Source: an uncultured Candidatus Saccharibacteria bacterium (GTDB lineage Bacteria > Patescibacteriota > CALEFQ01). Taken from it: a stretch of DNA of 64,000 bases. The stretch lies in the NCBI GenBank assembly GCA_965230955.1, contig OZ246404.1, positions 225,184-289,183 of the forward strand, given 5' to 3'. The translations under genes and the position numbers were made by a program. The notes below the pieces were generated by a model. The model was not told the DNA's origin and searched no databases. It saw only the letters and a program-made list of their open reading frames with translations. Positions 26,931-37,413 of this stretch are shown piece by piece (position 1 is the first letter of the stretch; each line of letters opens with the position of its first letter).

Positions 26931-28676
26931 CTATAACTTCTTTTCTATTTTTTCCTTTAATTCGCTAATTAGTGCGGCGATGGTTTTTACACCCAAATCG
27001 CCGGCTTCCCGCGAACGAACTGCCACCTGGCCGGATTGTTGTTCTTTTTCACCGAAAATAATCATGTATGGTATTTTTTCCATTTGGGCTTGGCGAATCT
27101 TTTTGCCGACTGATTCATTTTGATGATCGACTTCCACCCGCAAATTATGCTGGCGGAGTTGGGTCGCCAATTTATCGGCGCCGTCCGTGAATTTTTCAGC
27201 TACGGGTAAGATTTTGACCTGAACGGGAGCCAGCCAGAGCGGAAAAGCGCCGGCATATTTTTCTATTAGAAATCCGATGGTTCGTTCTAGACAGCCGATT
27301 GAAGAGCGATGGATTACGATCGGGCGTTCGGGCTTTCCTTTTTCGTTGATATAAGTTAGGTCAAACCGTTCGGGCATGCAGAAGTCGTATTGGACAGTGA
27401 AAGCGGAATCTTCTTTGCCGGAGAAGTTTTTGACCTGAATGTCTATTTTGGGTCCATAAAATGCTGCTTCGTCTTTGGCTTCGAAAAATGGTGCGTTGAC
27501 TTTCTTTAATACGGACCGTAAAATTTCTTCTCCTTGTTCCCAGGAGCGATCGTCTTTATAATATTTCTTTGTGTTACTGCGATCACCTAGTGATAGACGA
27601 TATCGATAGTCAACTCCCTTGACCAGACCCAGAGAGCTTGAACAAAAATCAATGAGATCAATAGCGCCCTTTATTTCATCGGTGGCTTGGTTTTCCCGGC
27701 AAATGATGTGAGCATCGGCCAAGCAAAAATCCCGGACGCGGATCAATCCACTTAACTCGCCCGATTTTTCATAGCGATACATTTTGGCAACTTCGGCGAT
27801 GCGCAACGGAAGTTCGCGGTAACTGTGTGGTTTGTCTTTGTAGAGCATGAAATGGTGCGGGCAAGACATCGGTCGCAAAATTAGCTCCTCCTCGTCAATT
27901 TTCATCGGCGGATACATTGTATCCTTGTAGTAGGGGTAGTGACCGGAGCGCTTGTATAAATCTACTTTGGCCAGATCTTGGGTGTAGACATGCTGGTATC
28001 CGCGCTTTATCTCTTCGTCAATAACAAAACGTTCTAGTTCCCGGCGTAGTACCGCGCCTTTGGCCGTAAACATCGGCAGTCCTTTGCCGACCAGATCACT
28101 GAAAACAAACAGGTCCAATTCTTTTCCCAGTTTGCGATGATCGCGCTTCTTGGCTTCTTCCAGCTGATGCAAGTATTTGGCCAGTTCTTTCCGGTCGGCG
28201 AAAGCCGTGCCGTAGACGCGCTGGAGCATTTTGTTTTTCTCGTCGCCTTTCCAGTAAGCGCCGGCGGTTTTGAGCAGTTTGAATGATCTGATTTCTCCGG
28301 TCGAATCAAGATGAGGCCCGCGACAGAGGTCGACAAAACGTCCGGTTTTGTAAATCGAAACCTTCGGATCGGTCATTTCCTGGAGCAATTCGACTTTGTA
28401 AATCTGACCAGCCTTTTTGAAAAGTTCCAAGGCTTTGTCTCGGGAAATTTCTTCCCGTTCGAAGCGGTGATTGGCTTTGATGATTTCCTTCATCTTGGCC
28501 TCGATGTTGGCTAAGTCTTCCGGAATCAGAGTGCGCGGCAAATCCAGGTCGTAGTAAAACCCGTTGTCGATCGCCGGCCCGATGGCAAATTTGGCGTCGG
28601 GAAATAATTCATAAATCGCGGCGGCCAAAACATGGGCCGTTGAATGGCGGAGGAGGTCTAGTTTTTTTGGATCCAT
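26931..28676 (-). CDS. thrS: threonine--tRNA ligase (short form, no TGS domain)
   Basis: MDPKKLDLLRHSTAHVLAAAIYELFP...; class II core and anticodon-binding domain present. Length 581 aa. Confidence 0.95.
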   Translation of the reverse strand: MDPKKLDLLRHSTAHVLAAAIYELFPDAKFAIGPAIDNGFYYDLDLPRTLIPEDLANIEAKMKEIIKANHRFEREEISRDKALELFKKAGQIYKVELLQEMTDPKVSIYKTGRFVDLCRGPHLDSTGEIRSFKLLKTAGAYWKGDEKNKMLQRVYGTAFADRKELAKYLHQLEEAKKRDHRKLGKELDLFVFSDLVGKGLPMFTAKGAVLRRELERFVIDEEIKRGYQHVYTQDLAKVDLYKRSGHYPYYKDTMYPPMKIDEEELILRPMSCPHHFMLYKDKPHSYRELPLRIAEVAKMYRYEKSGELSGLIRVRDFCLADAHIICRENQATDEIKGAIDLIDFCSSSLGLVKGVDYRYRLSLGDRSNTKKYYKDDRSWEQGEEILRSVLKKVNAPFFEAKDEAAFYGPKIDIQVKNFSGKEDSAFTVQYDFCMPERFDLTYINEKGKPERPIVIHRSSIGCLERTIGFLIEKYAGAFPLWLAPVQVKILPVAEKFTDGADKLATQLRQHNLRVEVDHQNESVGKKIRQAQMEKIPYMIIFGEKEQQSGQVAVRSREAGDLGVKTIAALISELKEKIEKKL

Positions 28677-28682
28677 AGGTTT

Positions 28683-28765
28683 AAGTCAAAAATCAAAAGT
28701 CAAAAGTCAAAATGGGAATAGCAGATCTTTAGACTTTTGACTTTTTACTTTTGACTTTGAAAAAA
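28683..28765. repeat. repeat hairpin of CAAAAGT units (tcaaaagtcaaaagtcaaaa ... ttttgacttttacttttgactttg) in the thrS 5' UTR
   Basis: Inverted tandem heptamers lie between the T-box terminator and the thrS ATG. Confidence 0.5.
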
Positions 28766-29005
28766 CCTTTCCTGCCACAAAGTTGCAAAAGCACTTTGGA
28801 GCATGAAAGGTTTTTTCACGCGGTTCCATCCAAATTGGTTCTTGATTGCCCTGATAATGCTCAGGCGAGCAGCTCTCTTAATCGTGAATACGTTTTCGAG
28901 AACGGCGCTGTCCACTGTAAGCCAGATCCGCCCTTTGGTAAACTCCAGGACGGTATCTTCGCTTTTCTCGGACACCGGTTGGTAGCCGGTTGGCGCTGAT
29001 AATTG
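28756..29005 (-). ncRNA. T-box riboswitch-like leader of thrS
   Basis: Minus-strand AAUUUGGAUGGAACCGCG (plus coordinates 28819..28836) matches the T-box consensus AAUUAGGGUGGNACCGCG. It is followed by a terminator AAACCUUUC...GAAAGGUUUUUU (28756..28815). Confidence 0.5.
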
Positions 29006-29012
29006 TATTTAC

Positions 29013-29040
29013 ATTATAACTTATTAGAGCGACAAGTCAA
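29013..29040 (-). promoter_or_regulatory. sigma70-like promoter for the thrS leader
   Basis: Minus strand: TTGACT - 16 nt spacer - TATAAT. Confidence 0.45.
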
Positions 29041-29044
29041 TAAA

Positions 29045-29075
29045 TAAAAATCCCCAGCTCGCGGAGCGGGGGAAT
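29045..29075 (-). terminator. terminator-like hairpin after the HAD hydrolase gene
   Basis: Minus strand: CCCCGCUCCGCGAGCUGGGGA followed by UUUUUAUUUAUU. Confidence 0.35.
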
Positions 29076-29085
29076 GGGTAGACGG

Positions 29086-29712
29086 TTATTTTCGAATCAG
29101 ACGGTCGACTTCTTCGAAATCGTGTACCAAGTGATGGGGATAATTACCGGTCGGCTGTTTGAGCCGGTCGGGTCGTTGCATGTGGCAATTGATGACCAAA
29201 TTGGCCGATATGCCTTGGATTCTCACTTGGTCGAGATTTTCCGGCAGGTCATCGATGAATACCAGCGGAGCTCCGTGTTTGGTGAGCAATCTTAGCAAGA
29301 TCTCCGCCTTGGTGTGTTGCGGCGAGGCAAAGTAAACGGCCTGATAGGAGATGTTGGCCGAGATCAGTTTGGATAATTGGAAAACTTCATTTCCGGCTGT
29401 GAGTATAATTACCGGAACATCATAGCTCCAAACCGAGAAGTATTTCTCGGTGTCCTCGTAGGCGCGCAATGTTTGGTCTAACCATTCATTGAGCTGACTC
29501 GGCAGGCGCTTCGGTCTGTCCGGCCGGAGCTCTCCAATGATTCGATCGAAACTGAATTGCGCTTGGTCGATCAGTGCCTGCGTCGTTTGTCTTGCCTTGG
29601 TGTCGCTGACGCGAAAACGGGACCAAATGTCGAAAAACCCTTTTAGGTTGTCGACGAATCGCACCGTGGTATCATCCAGATCAACTACAACTGCCGTAAC
29701 GATTAATGGCAT
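29086..29712 (-). CDS. HAD-superfamily hydrolase
   Basis: Motif I VVVDLDDTTV. Motif IV FIDDL. Confidence 0.6.
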   Translation of the reverse strand: MPLIVTAVVVDLDDTTVRFVDNLKGFFDIWSRFRVSDTKARQTTQALIDQAQFSFDRIIGELRPDRPKRLPSQLNEWLDQTLRAYEDTEKYFSVWSYDVPVIILTAGNEVFQLSKLISANISYQAVYFASPQHTKAEILLRLLTKHGAPLVFIDDLPENLDQVRIQGISANLVINCHMQRPDRLKQPTGNYPHHLVHDFEEVDRLIRK

Positions 29713-29841
29713 AAACGCCTCCTTTCTGTGTCGACACTATGGCAGACGATTTTGAATTCGTCAAGGATATTGCTGTCTTGACAGCGGCGTTATTTCGGAA
29801 TATAACTGGTTAATCTAGTTGCCCTTAGAAAGGAGGACAAA

Positions 29842-30378
29842 GTGAAAAATCTAAGGTGGATCTGTTTTCTGTCAATTTGTTTGACACTGTTTATCGGCGG
29901 TCAAGGTTGCAATGATGATCCGGTCGGACCGAAAGATCCCACCCCGACGTCTGTCCCGCAATTCTCTCCGACACCGGTACCGACAGCGACCCCGTTTGTG
30001 ACGCCGACTCCGTGTCCCGGCGCCGGGGCGGTTATCGATGGCTGGGAGCGTCTGGGGAATTGCAACATCAGAATTTACGGTCGCTGCTGGGGAATCGGGT
30101 GCAATAATTTGAAGTTAGGAATTTTTATTGCCCCGACGAAACCGAACGTTTATCAGTGGTTCTACCAGGGATCGGCGACGGTAAATGAGTCGGACGGGAT
30201 GTGGACGGGCTCAGGGCATTTGGGACCAAACTGGACCCAGTGTTCCGTGGAAGAGTATTGTCTGGCCGCAATGCCCTTGGCTAAGGATTGTTCTTTTGAA
30301 GTCCGGGGACCGGCAAACTTGGAGAGCAATATTTGCCGACGGGGAGAGACGGGGTATTGGCCCTATGTCCGGTACTGA
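29842..30378 (+). CDS. secreted/lipoprotein-like Cys-rich protein with a Pro/Thr-rich linker
   Basis: Signal peptide MKNLRWICFLSICLTLFIGGQGC. PTPTSVPQFSPTPVPTATPFVTPTP linker. At least 10 Cys. Confidence 0.4.
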   Translation: MKNLRWICFLSICLTLFIGGQGCNDDPVGPKDPTPTSVPQFSPTPVPTATPFVTPTPCPGAGAVIDGWERLGNCNIRIYGRCWGIGCNNLKLGIFIAPTKPNVYQWFYQGSATVNESDGMWTGSGHLGPNWTQCSVEEYCLAAMPLAKDCSFEVRGPANLESNICRRGETGYWPYVRY

Positions 30379-30431
30379 CAAACCATGAGTATCGAAAAGC
30401 CATCTTGGTGACAAGATGGCTTTTAAACTGG

Positions 30432-31655
30432 TTATTTCATTAATTCAATTTTGATTCTGTTTTCCTGGGCCGGGACGGTCTTGACCCAGTTGGGAGTGAA
30501 TTTTACTTCCACCGCGCCTATCGGTTGAACCCGTTGGAGGTAATCTATTACTTCCGCTTCGGTCCGGCCGATCAGTTTGTCTTTTTTTATTTTATCCAAA
30601 TCGAGATTGAAAGATGTCGGGGCGGTCAATTTGACCGTGAGTGTCGCGGTTCGGCGGGGGAGGTCGTAGGTGACGATACTATATTGGAAAGCGTCGGGAT
30701 CGATAGCGGTGATTTCCTGGTCGTTTTCCAGCTCGGCCCGCAACTTGGTTTCGGCGATTTGCTTGAGAGCGGCTTCGTCAAAAATCACGGCGGTGAGCCT
30801 GATTTCAGCGGTGACGGTAAACTCGGATGCGAAGGAGTTCGGCTTGACGTTGGTGGCGGCGGAAAGTTTCTCGATGTTTATGGCCCCGTCCAGTATTTTT
30901 TCCCCGCTACGCAAGTCTTTTTGCAATTTGCTTTTTCCTTCGATCTCGAGTTTGCCTACGGCGGTTTCGATTCCGCGTTCAATCGTTTCCGGTGACACAA
31001 AATCGGTTTCACCAAAGCCTCCGGTCATGGGCTGGGTGCTATCGGCGTAAATCTTGGTTTGCCAGTCTTTCCAGAGTCCGGGAACGGTGAAATGCGACGG
31101 CCCTATTTCCCCGGCGCGCCCCGGCTGATCGGCGTAAATTTCTGCCTCGACGGTTGAATGGGCTTTTAAGTTCACATGGTCCTTGAGATGAAAGAGGGTG
31201 CCGTTATCAGCCAATAGGCGAGTCGTGGCAATCAGGGGCTGGTCTTGATCGAGATCATTGTGCAGGGTGACGGTGCCGGTAGCCGGCTTGTCGGTTTCCT
31301 GCCGGTCAACCGCGGTGATAGTTTCCGTGCCGCGTACCACGGTGCTCAGTACGCGACCGGTAATATTGTCGCCGCCGGGATTGTCGGCCACGATTTCGGC
31401 GTTAAATTCAGTCGATACCGACTGTTCTTTCGGGGAGATGGCAATGTTGGCGGCGGTGGAAGAAAGCAAAACGACAAAAACGACCAGAGCGGCGATGGCG
31501 CCGACGATAATCGCGAAGATCTTTAAGTATGGGGAGCGCTGTTGGCGCAGGCGGTAGTGATCAGGCATTGGTATGTTCAGTGAAGTTATGATAATGATGT
31601 TTGGTCCGCTTTTTCTCGGGATCGGGAGTAGAAATGACAAGCCCTTTAAACTCAT
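30432..31655 (-). CDS. membrane-anchored hypothetical protein (start possibly the internal MPDHYRL)
   Basis: Single N-terminal TM segment (IFAIIVGAIAALVVFVVLL). Long soluble domain with no recognisable motif. Confidence 0.4.
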   Translation of the reverse strand: MSLKGLSFLLPIPRKSGPNIIIITSLNIPMPDHYRLRQQRSPYLKIFAIIVGAIAALVVFVVLLSSTAANIAISPKEQSVSTEFNAEIVADNPGGDNITGRVLSTVVRGTETITAVDRQETDKPATGTVTLHNDLDQDQPLIATTRLLADNGTLFHLKDHVNLKAHSTVEAEIYADQPGRAGEIGPSHFTVPGLWKDWQTKIYADSTQPMTGGFGETDFVSPETIERGIETAVGKLEIEGKSKLQKDLRSGEKILDGAINIEKLSAATNVKPNSFASEFTVTAEIRLTAVIFDEAALKQIAETKLRAELENDQEITAIDPDAFQYSIVTYDLPRRTATLTVKLTAPTSFNLDLDKIKKDKLIGRTEAEVIDYLQRVQPIGAVEVKFTPNWVKTVPAQENRIKIELMK

Positions 31656-32658
31656 TGCCTTGCATTCCTTTCTTGGTCATATCCTTTGCTAATTTGCCGG
31701 CTAAATCAGCTCGATGGTAGGCACAGTTCCATGATTCCTCAATTCCATCTGAATCCGTGGGAAGAATTTCGGAAACGCCTAATCCGATCTTGATTCCTTT
31801 GCGATTCATTTCGGCAATAAATTTGTTCATGAAACCAACCAGGTTTTCTTCCGTATGGCTCCTGGTGATCATGGCGAATTCGTCGCCACCGACTCGAGCC
31901 AGCACATCTGATTGCCGACGGAAATTATTGCGCATGGTTTGAGCCATTTCTTTTAGAACTTGATCGCCTCGCAGGTGTCCGTATTGGTTGTTATATTGCC
32001 TGAAATCGTTAATGTCGAAGAGTATTACAAATGATTTTCCTCGATTTATCATGCGCTCATGTTCTAAATTATTTCCTTCTGCGGCGTCGACATTTTCCGG
32101 ATTGGCGGCCGATATTTTTTTGACTCGAGATACTTCATGCAAAAAAAGGCTGTCAAAATAGCGTTTGTTATATAATTCATGGCACAAGACATCGTTGGTC
32201 ACGCGTTGTTCCAGATTGGCCATTCGGGCGCAATTTAGGTTATCGACGGTGTTTTGTAGCAGCTTTTTTTCACGGTCAGTCATGGCTTGCAGTTTTTCTT
32301 GATTCGGCGGAAAATTTTCGATTAGCGACCAGGACAAGATGTCGGAATCTTCTTGGCCGGTCAGCCGCTGAACGATTTTTTCTGAATTTTGATCGAAATC
32401 GTAGTAGCCGGGGCGTTCGAGTCGATCATGCCATTCGATTAAGTTTTCCCAGAGACTGACGGCGGCCGGCGACGGTTCTCCCTCTGATAAAAGTTTTTCC
32501 CGCAGGCCATTTACTTGTTGTAAAAATTCGGCCGTTTTTTTGTCGCCTCGATTCACGCGATCGCTTTCGGATTCCGCCGCCGGCGTTTCGATTCGATCTG
32601 ACATTCCCGGATTTGGTTGCCCTGTTTCACGCATTGTTTTTTTCCTCCAGCCAATCAA
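31561..32658 (-). CDS. diguanylate cyclase (GGDEF domain) with an N-terminal sensor region
   Basis: DINDFRQYNNQYGHLRGDQVL...RVGGDEFAMI. Confidence 0.8.
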   Translation of the reverse strand: MIGWRKKTMRETGQPNPGMSDRIETPAAESESDRVNRGDKKTAEFLQQVNGLREKLLSEGEPSPAAVSLWENLIEWHDRLERPGYYDFDQNSEKIVQRLTGQEDSDILSWSLIENFPPNQEKLQAMTDREKKLLQNTVDNLNCARMANLEQRVTNDVLCHELYNKRYFDSLFLHEVSRVKKISAANPENVDAAEGNNLEHERMINRGKSFVILFDINDFRQYNNQYGHLRGDQVLKEMAQTMRNNFRRQSDVLARVGGDEFAMITRSHTEENLVGFMNKFIAEMNRKGIKIGLGVSEILPTDSDGIEESWNCAYHRADLAGKLAKDMTKKGMQGNEFKGLVISTPDPEKKRTKHHYHNFTEHTNA

Positions 32659-32857
32659 GGGCGCTTTGCGCCAATTGATTGGTTACGGTGGATTTAGTCG
32701 CTGATTGCTTTTTCAGGTAATCCGACACTGTCGGAGCCGGCTCTTTCAGGAGCAGGCTAAGTTCCTGAACTTGTTCGATAGCGGACAGCCTGGTCGATAG
32801 AGAGATTTCCTCATTGAGGACAATCTTGTCGACCAAGGCTTTTAGGTTTTCATTCAT
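32627..32857 (-). CDS. small helical protein (76 aa), hypothetical
   Basis: ORF overlaps the GGDEF gene start by 32 nt. No recognisable motif. Confidence 0.25.
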   Translation of the reverse strand: MNENLKALVDKIVLNEEISLSTRLSAIEQVQELSLLLKEPAPTVSDYLKKQSATKSTVTNQLAQSALDWLEEKNNA

Positions 32858-32858
32858 T

Positions 32859-35800
32859 TTATTTGCTTACTGTGCCCGGACCGAGCAACGCTTCGATGCT
32901 GGTTCGGAGCACGTTATTTTTTTGAACGAAAAAATTAGTTTGCAGTTTTTCGTATTTTTGGCCGGTCTTCGGCAGCAAAAGCATGACTTGATGCAATCCT
33001 TTGTCGGCAGTGAGCAAGGCTTGCTTGATTTTTTCGAAGACCTCGGGACGGCAAGGAGAGGGGATTTTAATGTATACCAGATCGTTTGGCGCAGTTGATT
33101 CTATTGTTTCGGATTTGCTCGCGGGAGGGGGCGTGTCTTCTAATTTGGTCAGTCCGATATTGGTGAGTTTTTGCGGATCCAAATCCGGGCTTAACGGTTG
33201 GGCGGAATCGACCAAAATTTTCAGCTCGTCATCACGGTCATTGAGCTTGCCGGTGAGGAGGATGGGCTGGTCTTCTTTCCACAGTCCGACGTTTTGTCTG
33301 TAAACTTTCGGGAAAACCACCATTTCCATATGGCCGCTCAGATCTTCCATTTTTACAAAGGCCATGGGCTGGTTTTTCTTGGTGGAAATAACTCGCACCG
33401 AAGTGATAATCCCGCCCAGGCGAAATCTCTTTTTGACCATTGAAACTTGGAGTTGGTTTAGCGGAGTGGTCAGCTGTTTTAAAATTTGCTTGTAATCGCT
33501 CAAAGGATGATCGGAGACATAGAGTCCGAGCAATTCTTTTTCCCAGGCCAGTTTGTCTTTTTTATCGGCCGGCGGAGTTTCGGCGAGTTGCAGTTTGGGC
33601 GAGTAGCTTTTTGTTTTGCAAAATAAGTCCGCTTGTCCGTTGGCCGTGGCTTGGTGCTGGCACTTGCCGAAATTAAGCAAAGTTTCAATGTTCGCCAGCA
33701 GGGTTTGGCGTTCGCCCATTTCATCCATGGCGCCGGACTTGATCAGGCTTTCCAGCGATTTGCGGTTCATGGCGGACGAATACGCCCGTTTCATAAAATC
33801 CTCTATGCTGGCCAATCTTTTTTCTTTGCGGGCGGCGATGATATCGGCAATGACATTGGTGCCGAGGTTTTTAATCGCGCCCAGGCCGAAACGAATGGTT
33901 TTGGAGGTGGCGAGAGTCTCATTTGGTCCGGCGACCACGGTGAAGTCTTTGAAACTCTCGTTGACTGCCGGCGGCAGGACTTTGATCCGCAGCCTTTCGC
34001 ATTCATTGACTTCCAATACAACGCGATCGGGATTGCTTTGATCGGAAGTGAGGAGGGCGGCCATAAATTCCGTCGGGAAGTGGGCTTTGAGGTATCCGGT
34101 TTGATAGGCGACCAGAGAATAAGCCGCCGCGTGAGCTTTGTTAAAACCATAGCCGGCAAACGGTTCCATCAGCTTGAATAAACTCGTGGCTTTTTCTCGG
34201 GCCAGGCCGTTTTTTACCGCGCCATTTATAAATTTTTCGCGCTGTTCCGCCATCAGTTGGGGGATTTTCTTTCCCATGGCTTTGCGAAACTTGTCGACTT
34301 TTTCCCAATCATAGCCGCCGAGATTGATGGCGATCAGCAAGACGTCGTCCTGATAGGTGATAACGCCGTGCGACTTGCTCAAAATTGGCCGCAGACGCTG
34401 ATCGATGACCCTGATTTTTTTCGGATTATTTTTGTTTTCGATATAGCTGGGAATATGTTCCATCGGTCCCGGTCGATAGAGCGCCAGCATCGCGGCGATG
34501 TCAAAGATGGTTTCTGGTTTCAGCTGCTTGAGATACTTGCGCATGCCGGCGGATTCCACTTGAAACAGGCCAGTGGTTTCGCCGCTGCTGAAAACGGTGA
34601 ATGTTTTTTTGTCTGACAAGGGAAGCTGTTTGACGTCGATCTCTTTTTCTTGCGTGTGTGATAAAATTTCGACGGTCTTTTGAATGATGTGTAAATTTGA
34701 TAGGCCCAGAAAATCCATTTTTACCAGGTTTAATTCTTCCAGGTCGGTCATTTCGTACTGGCTCAAGATCATGTTGCTGTCACTGTCGTATTGGACCGGG
34801 ACATATTCGGTCATGGGTTGAGGAGTTATGACTACGCCGGCGGCGTGGACCGACGCATGACGCGCGACACCTTCCAATTTAAAAGCAAAATCAACCATTT
34901 TTTTGACGGAGGGGTCGCTGTCATACGCCTGCTTGAAAGCGGGGATCGTGGTCAGGCACTCTTTTAGTTTTACTTTGGGCCCCTCCGGCAACATTTTGGC
35001 GACGGCGTCGACAAAATTATAAGGCAGTCCTAAGACTCGTCCGACATCGCGAATGGCGGCTTTGGCTTTCATTTTTCCAAAAGTGACAATTTGGGCGACA
35101 TTTTCTGAGCCGTATTTTTTGATGGCGTATTGGATTACTTTATCGCGTTCATTATCGGCAATATCCAGATCGATATCGGGCGGTTTGGGACGCATCGGAT
35201 TCAGGAACCGTTCAAACGGCAGCTCGAAGAAGAGGGGATTGGCGGTCGTGATGCCGAGAGCGAAAGAGACAAAACTGCCGGCGGCCGAGCCGCGGGTGGT
35301 CGTCGGTATTTTTTCCCGATGCATGAAATCAGTGAAATCTTTGACCATCAGGAAGTAAGGCTCCAGCTTTTTCTTTTCGACCACGCCCAGTTCAAAATCC
35401 AAGCGTTTTTTTTCTTCAGTATTCGGTTCGCGGTTTAGGCGTTGCTTGATCCCGGCATACGTCAGCTCGCGCAAATGGTCCGGGAGGGTGGTGGTGGCGG
35501 GGATTTTAGCTTCGGGCAGGATGAGTCCGGTTTTGGGGAATTCGACATTGCATTGCTCGGCAATTTTTACGGTATTGGCCAGGGCTTCCGGCGTTTGGGA
35601 AAAGTTCTTGGCCATTTCTTCGGGAGAAGCAAAATGAAAATCATCGCCCGACATCTTGAGTCCCCGGGCCGGATCGTCGATAGTGTTTTTGCTTTGCAAA
35701 CAGAGCAGAATGTCTTGGGCGGTGGCGTCCTCACGCTTGATATAGTGAACGTCGTTCGTGGCAACCAGTCCGATATTCAGTTTTTTGGCCAGCGCGATCA

Positions 35801-36371
35801 ATCGCTGGTTGACCACGGCCTGTTTCGGGATTTCGGCGTGATACTGGATTTCCAAGTAAAAATTTCCCGGCCCGAAAATTTCTTGATACTGCTTGGTTTT
35901 GGCTTCGGCTTTGGCCAGATCATTGATCGAAGCGTAATAGGCCACTTCGCCTTTGAGGCAAGCGGATAAGGCGATCAGGCCGGTCGCGTGGCTTTTCAGA
36001 AAATCCAAATCAACCCGCGGTTTGTAGTAGAATCCTTTCAGGTGCGCGGCGGAGGTGATTTTAATTAAATTTTTGTATCCCTCGAAATTTTTCGCCAGCA
36101 ATACCAGGTGAAACGGCCGTCGGTCTTCTTTGGTGCCGCGGTTGGACATTCCGTTCGGGGCGATATAGGTCTCAATGCCGATAATCGGTTTGATGTCAGC
36201 TTTTTTGGCGGCATAGAATAATTTGGCGGCTCCGTAAAGCGTGCCGTGGTCGGTAATCGTCACGGCCGGCATATTAAAAGACTTGGCGGCCGCGATGAGA
36301 TCGTCAATCTTGGCCAAGCCGTCGAGGAGGGAGTATTCGGAATGGACGTGGAGGTGGACGAAAGGAGGCAT
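32859..36371 (-). CDS. dnaE: DNA polymerase III alpha subunit
   Basis: PHP domain [18 protein letters not shown]. Palm, fingers and OB regions present. Length 1170 aa. Confidence 0.95.
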   Translation of the reverse strand: MPPFVHLHVHSEYSLLDGLAKIDDLIAAAKSFNMPAVTITDHGTLYGAAKLFYAAKKADIKPIIGIETYIAPNGMSNRGTKEDRRPFHLVLLAKNFEGYKNLIKITSAAHLKGFYYKPRVDLDFLKSHATGLIALSACLKGEVAYYASINDLAKAEAKTKQYQEIFGPGNFYLEIQYHAEIPKQAVVNQRLIALAKKLNIGLVATNDVHYIKREDATAQDILLCLQSKNTIDDPARGLKMSGDDFHFASPEEMAKNFSQTPEALANTVKIAEQCNVEFPKTGLILPEAKIPATTTLPDHLRELTYAGIKQRLNREPNTEEKKRLDFELGVVEKKKLEPYFLMVKDFTDFMHREKIPTTTRGSAAGSFVSFALGITTANPLFFELPFERFLNPMRPKPPDIDLDIADNERDKVIQYAIKKYGSENVAQIVTFGKMKAKAAIRDVGRVLGLPYNFVDAVAKMLPEGPKVKLKECLTTIPAFKQAYDSDPSVKKMVDFAFKLEGVARHASVHAAGVVITPQPMTEYVPVQYDSDSNMILSQYEMTDLEELNLVKMDFLGLSNLHIIQKTVEILSHTQEKEIDVKQLPLSDKKTFTVFSSGETTGLFQVESAGMRKYLKQLKPETIFDIAAMLALYRPGPMEHIPSYIENKNNPKKIRVIDQRLRPILSKSHGVITYQDDVLLIAINLGGYDWEKVDKFRKAMGKKIPQLMAEQREKFINGAVKNGLAREKATSLFKLMEPFAGYGFNKAHAAAYSLVAYQTGYLKAHFPTEFMAALLTSDQSNPDRVVLEVNECERLRIKVLPPAVNESFKDFTVVAGPNETLATSKTIRFGLGAIKNLGTNVIADIIAARKEKRLASIEDFMKRAYSSAMNRKSLESLIKSGAMDEMGERQTLLANIETLLNFGKCQHQATANGQADLFCKTKSYSPKLQLAETPPADKKDKLAWEKELLGLYVSDHPLSDYKQILKQLTTPLNQLQVSMVKKRFRLGGIITSVRVISTKKNQPMAFVKMEDLSGHMEMVVFPKVYRQNVGLWKEDQPILLTGKLNDRDDELKILVDSAQPLSPDLDPQKLTNIGLTKLEDTPPPASKSETIESTAPNDLVYIKIPSPCRPEVFEKIKQALLTADKGLHQVMLLLPKTGQKYEKLQTNFFVQKNNVLRTSIEALLGPGTVSK

Positions 36372-36519
36372 AAGAGGAGTGAAAAAGTGTAATTAGAAAT
36401 CAGGTTAATTCCGACAGGGTTCTTTCATTCTAACGAGAAAGACCCTTTTGGGCAAGCGGGGCGATCGGCAATATTGGGTAAAACAAAATTCCGCGTGAGA
36501 GGCGGAATTTTGTTTGTAT

Positions 36520-36786
36520 TTAAGCTTTCTTGAATTCTTTTTCGGCGGCGCGTACGGCGCGAGTGGCTTTTTGCTTGAATTCAATGGCTTCTTCTTTGGC
36601 GGTGTCAATTCCTTCGACGACCTTGTCTTTAACATCCATCGCTTTGTCGCGGAGAAACTTTCTGGTTTCTTTGCCCGATTGGGGGGCATAGAGCAGTCCC
36701 AGGGCGCCGCCGACCAATACTCCGATCAGCATTCCGCCCATAAAACTTCCGGCCGAGTTGTTGCAATCACACATATGATTGTTCAT
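36520..36786 (-). CDS. YtxH-like small membrane protein
   Basis: TM segment followed by LLYAPQSGKETRKFLRDKA, characteristic of the YtxH family. Confidence 0.55.
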   Translation of the reverse strand: MNNHMCDCNNSAGSFMGGMLIGVLVGGALGLLYAPQSGKETRKFLRDKAMDVKDKVVEGIDTAKEEAIEFKQKATRAVRAAEKEFKKA

Positions 36787-36812
36787 GTTTATGTTTATTA
36801 TTAATTAATCTT

Positions 36813-37199
36813 TTACTTTTTATCTTTGGTGGCCATGGTCTCTGTTTCTTCTTCGCAGTCATTTTCGTCCGGATCGGCCGGGTGCGCCGGCGGCGGATTC
36901 ATCTCACGAAATTTTTGGATCAGAGTTTGGGCGAAACGAATACCGCGGATCATGCCGTCCATCGGCTTGTTTAGAGCGTCGGTGGCTGTTTGGATGGTAT
37001 GACTGACTGATTTTACCGCTTGGGTGACGGATGTGACCGCGCCGTCAATTTTGACCATTTCCTCATTGGCCTGCTTCATGGCTTTTTTGGTTTCCTTGGC
37101 CGCCTGGCCCATTTGGTACAATGAATAAGCGGCAAACCCGGTTAGTAAACCGACACAGACAGTGATGGCGGAATAAAGCACGATAAGAATAGCTTCCAT
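36813..37199 (-). CDS. DUF948-like membrane/coiled-coil protein
   Basis: N-terminal TM segment plus helical repeats. Typical partner of YtxH. Confidence 0.4.
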   Translation of the reverse strand: MEAILIVLYSAITVCVGLLTGFAAYSLYQMGQAAKETKKAMKQANEEMVKIDGAVTSVTQAVKSVSHTIQTATDALNKPMDGMIRGIRFAQTLIQKFREMNPPPAHPADPDENDCEEETETMATKDKK

Positions 37200-37413
37200 A
37201 GATATTTTGTTATTTTTTAGGTTATTCTTATTATATCATATTATCAAAGAGGCGACAAGATAGGATGAGGGAATATCAAATAATAAATAACAAATAATCA
37301 ATAAAATCCAATAATAAATTAAAATTTCTGTGATTGAAATCCGATAATTAATTGCGGTTGGATTTTTTTGTCATATTGCTTGTCGTGGGGAAAACTGTTA
37401 TACTATAGATTGT

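Noticed and set aside
28745-28999. Overlapping 76-82-aa ORFs on both strands upstream of thrS
   Set aside because: The region is better explained as the thrS T-box leader plus repeat hairpin. The ORFs lack an RBS and cross the terminator stem.
33633-34181. Several 80-180-aa plus-strand ORFs between 33000 and 36000
   Set aside because: All lie antisense inside dnaE (minus strand, 1170 aa with a PHP domain). No RBS or motifs.
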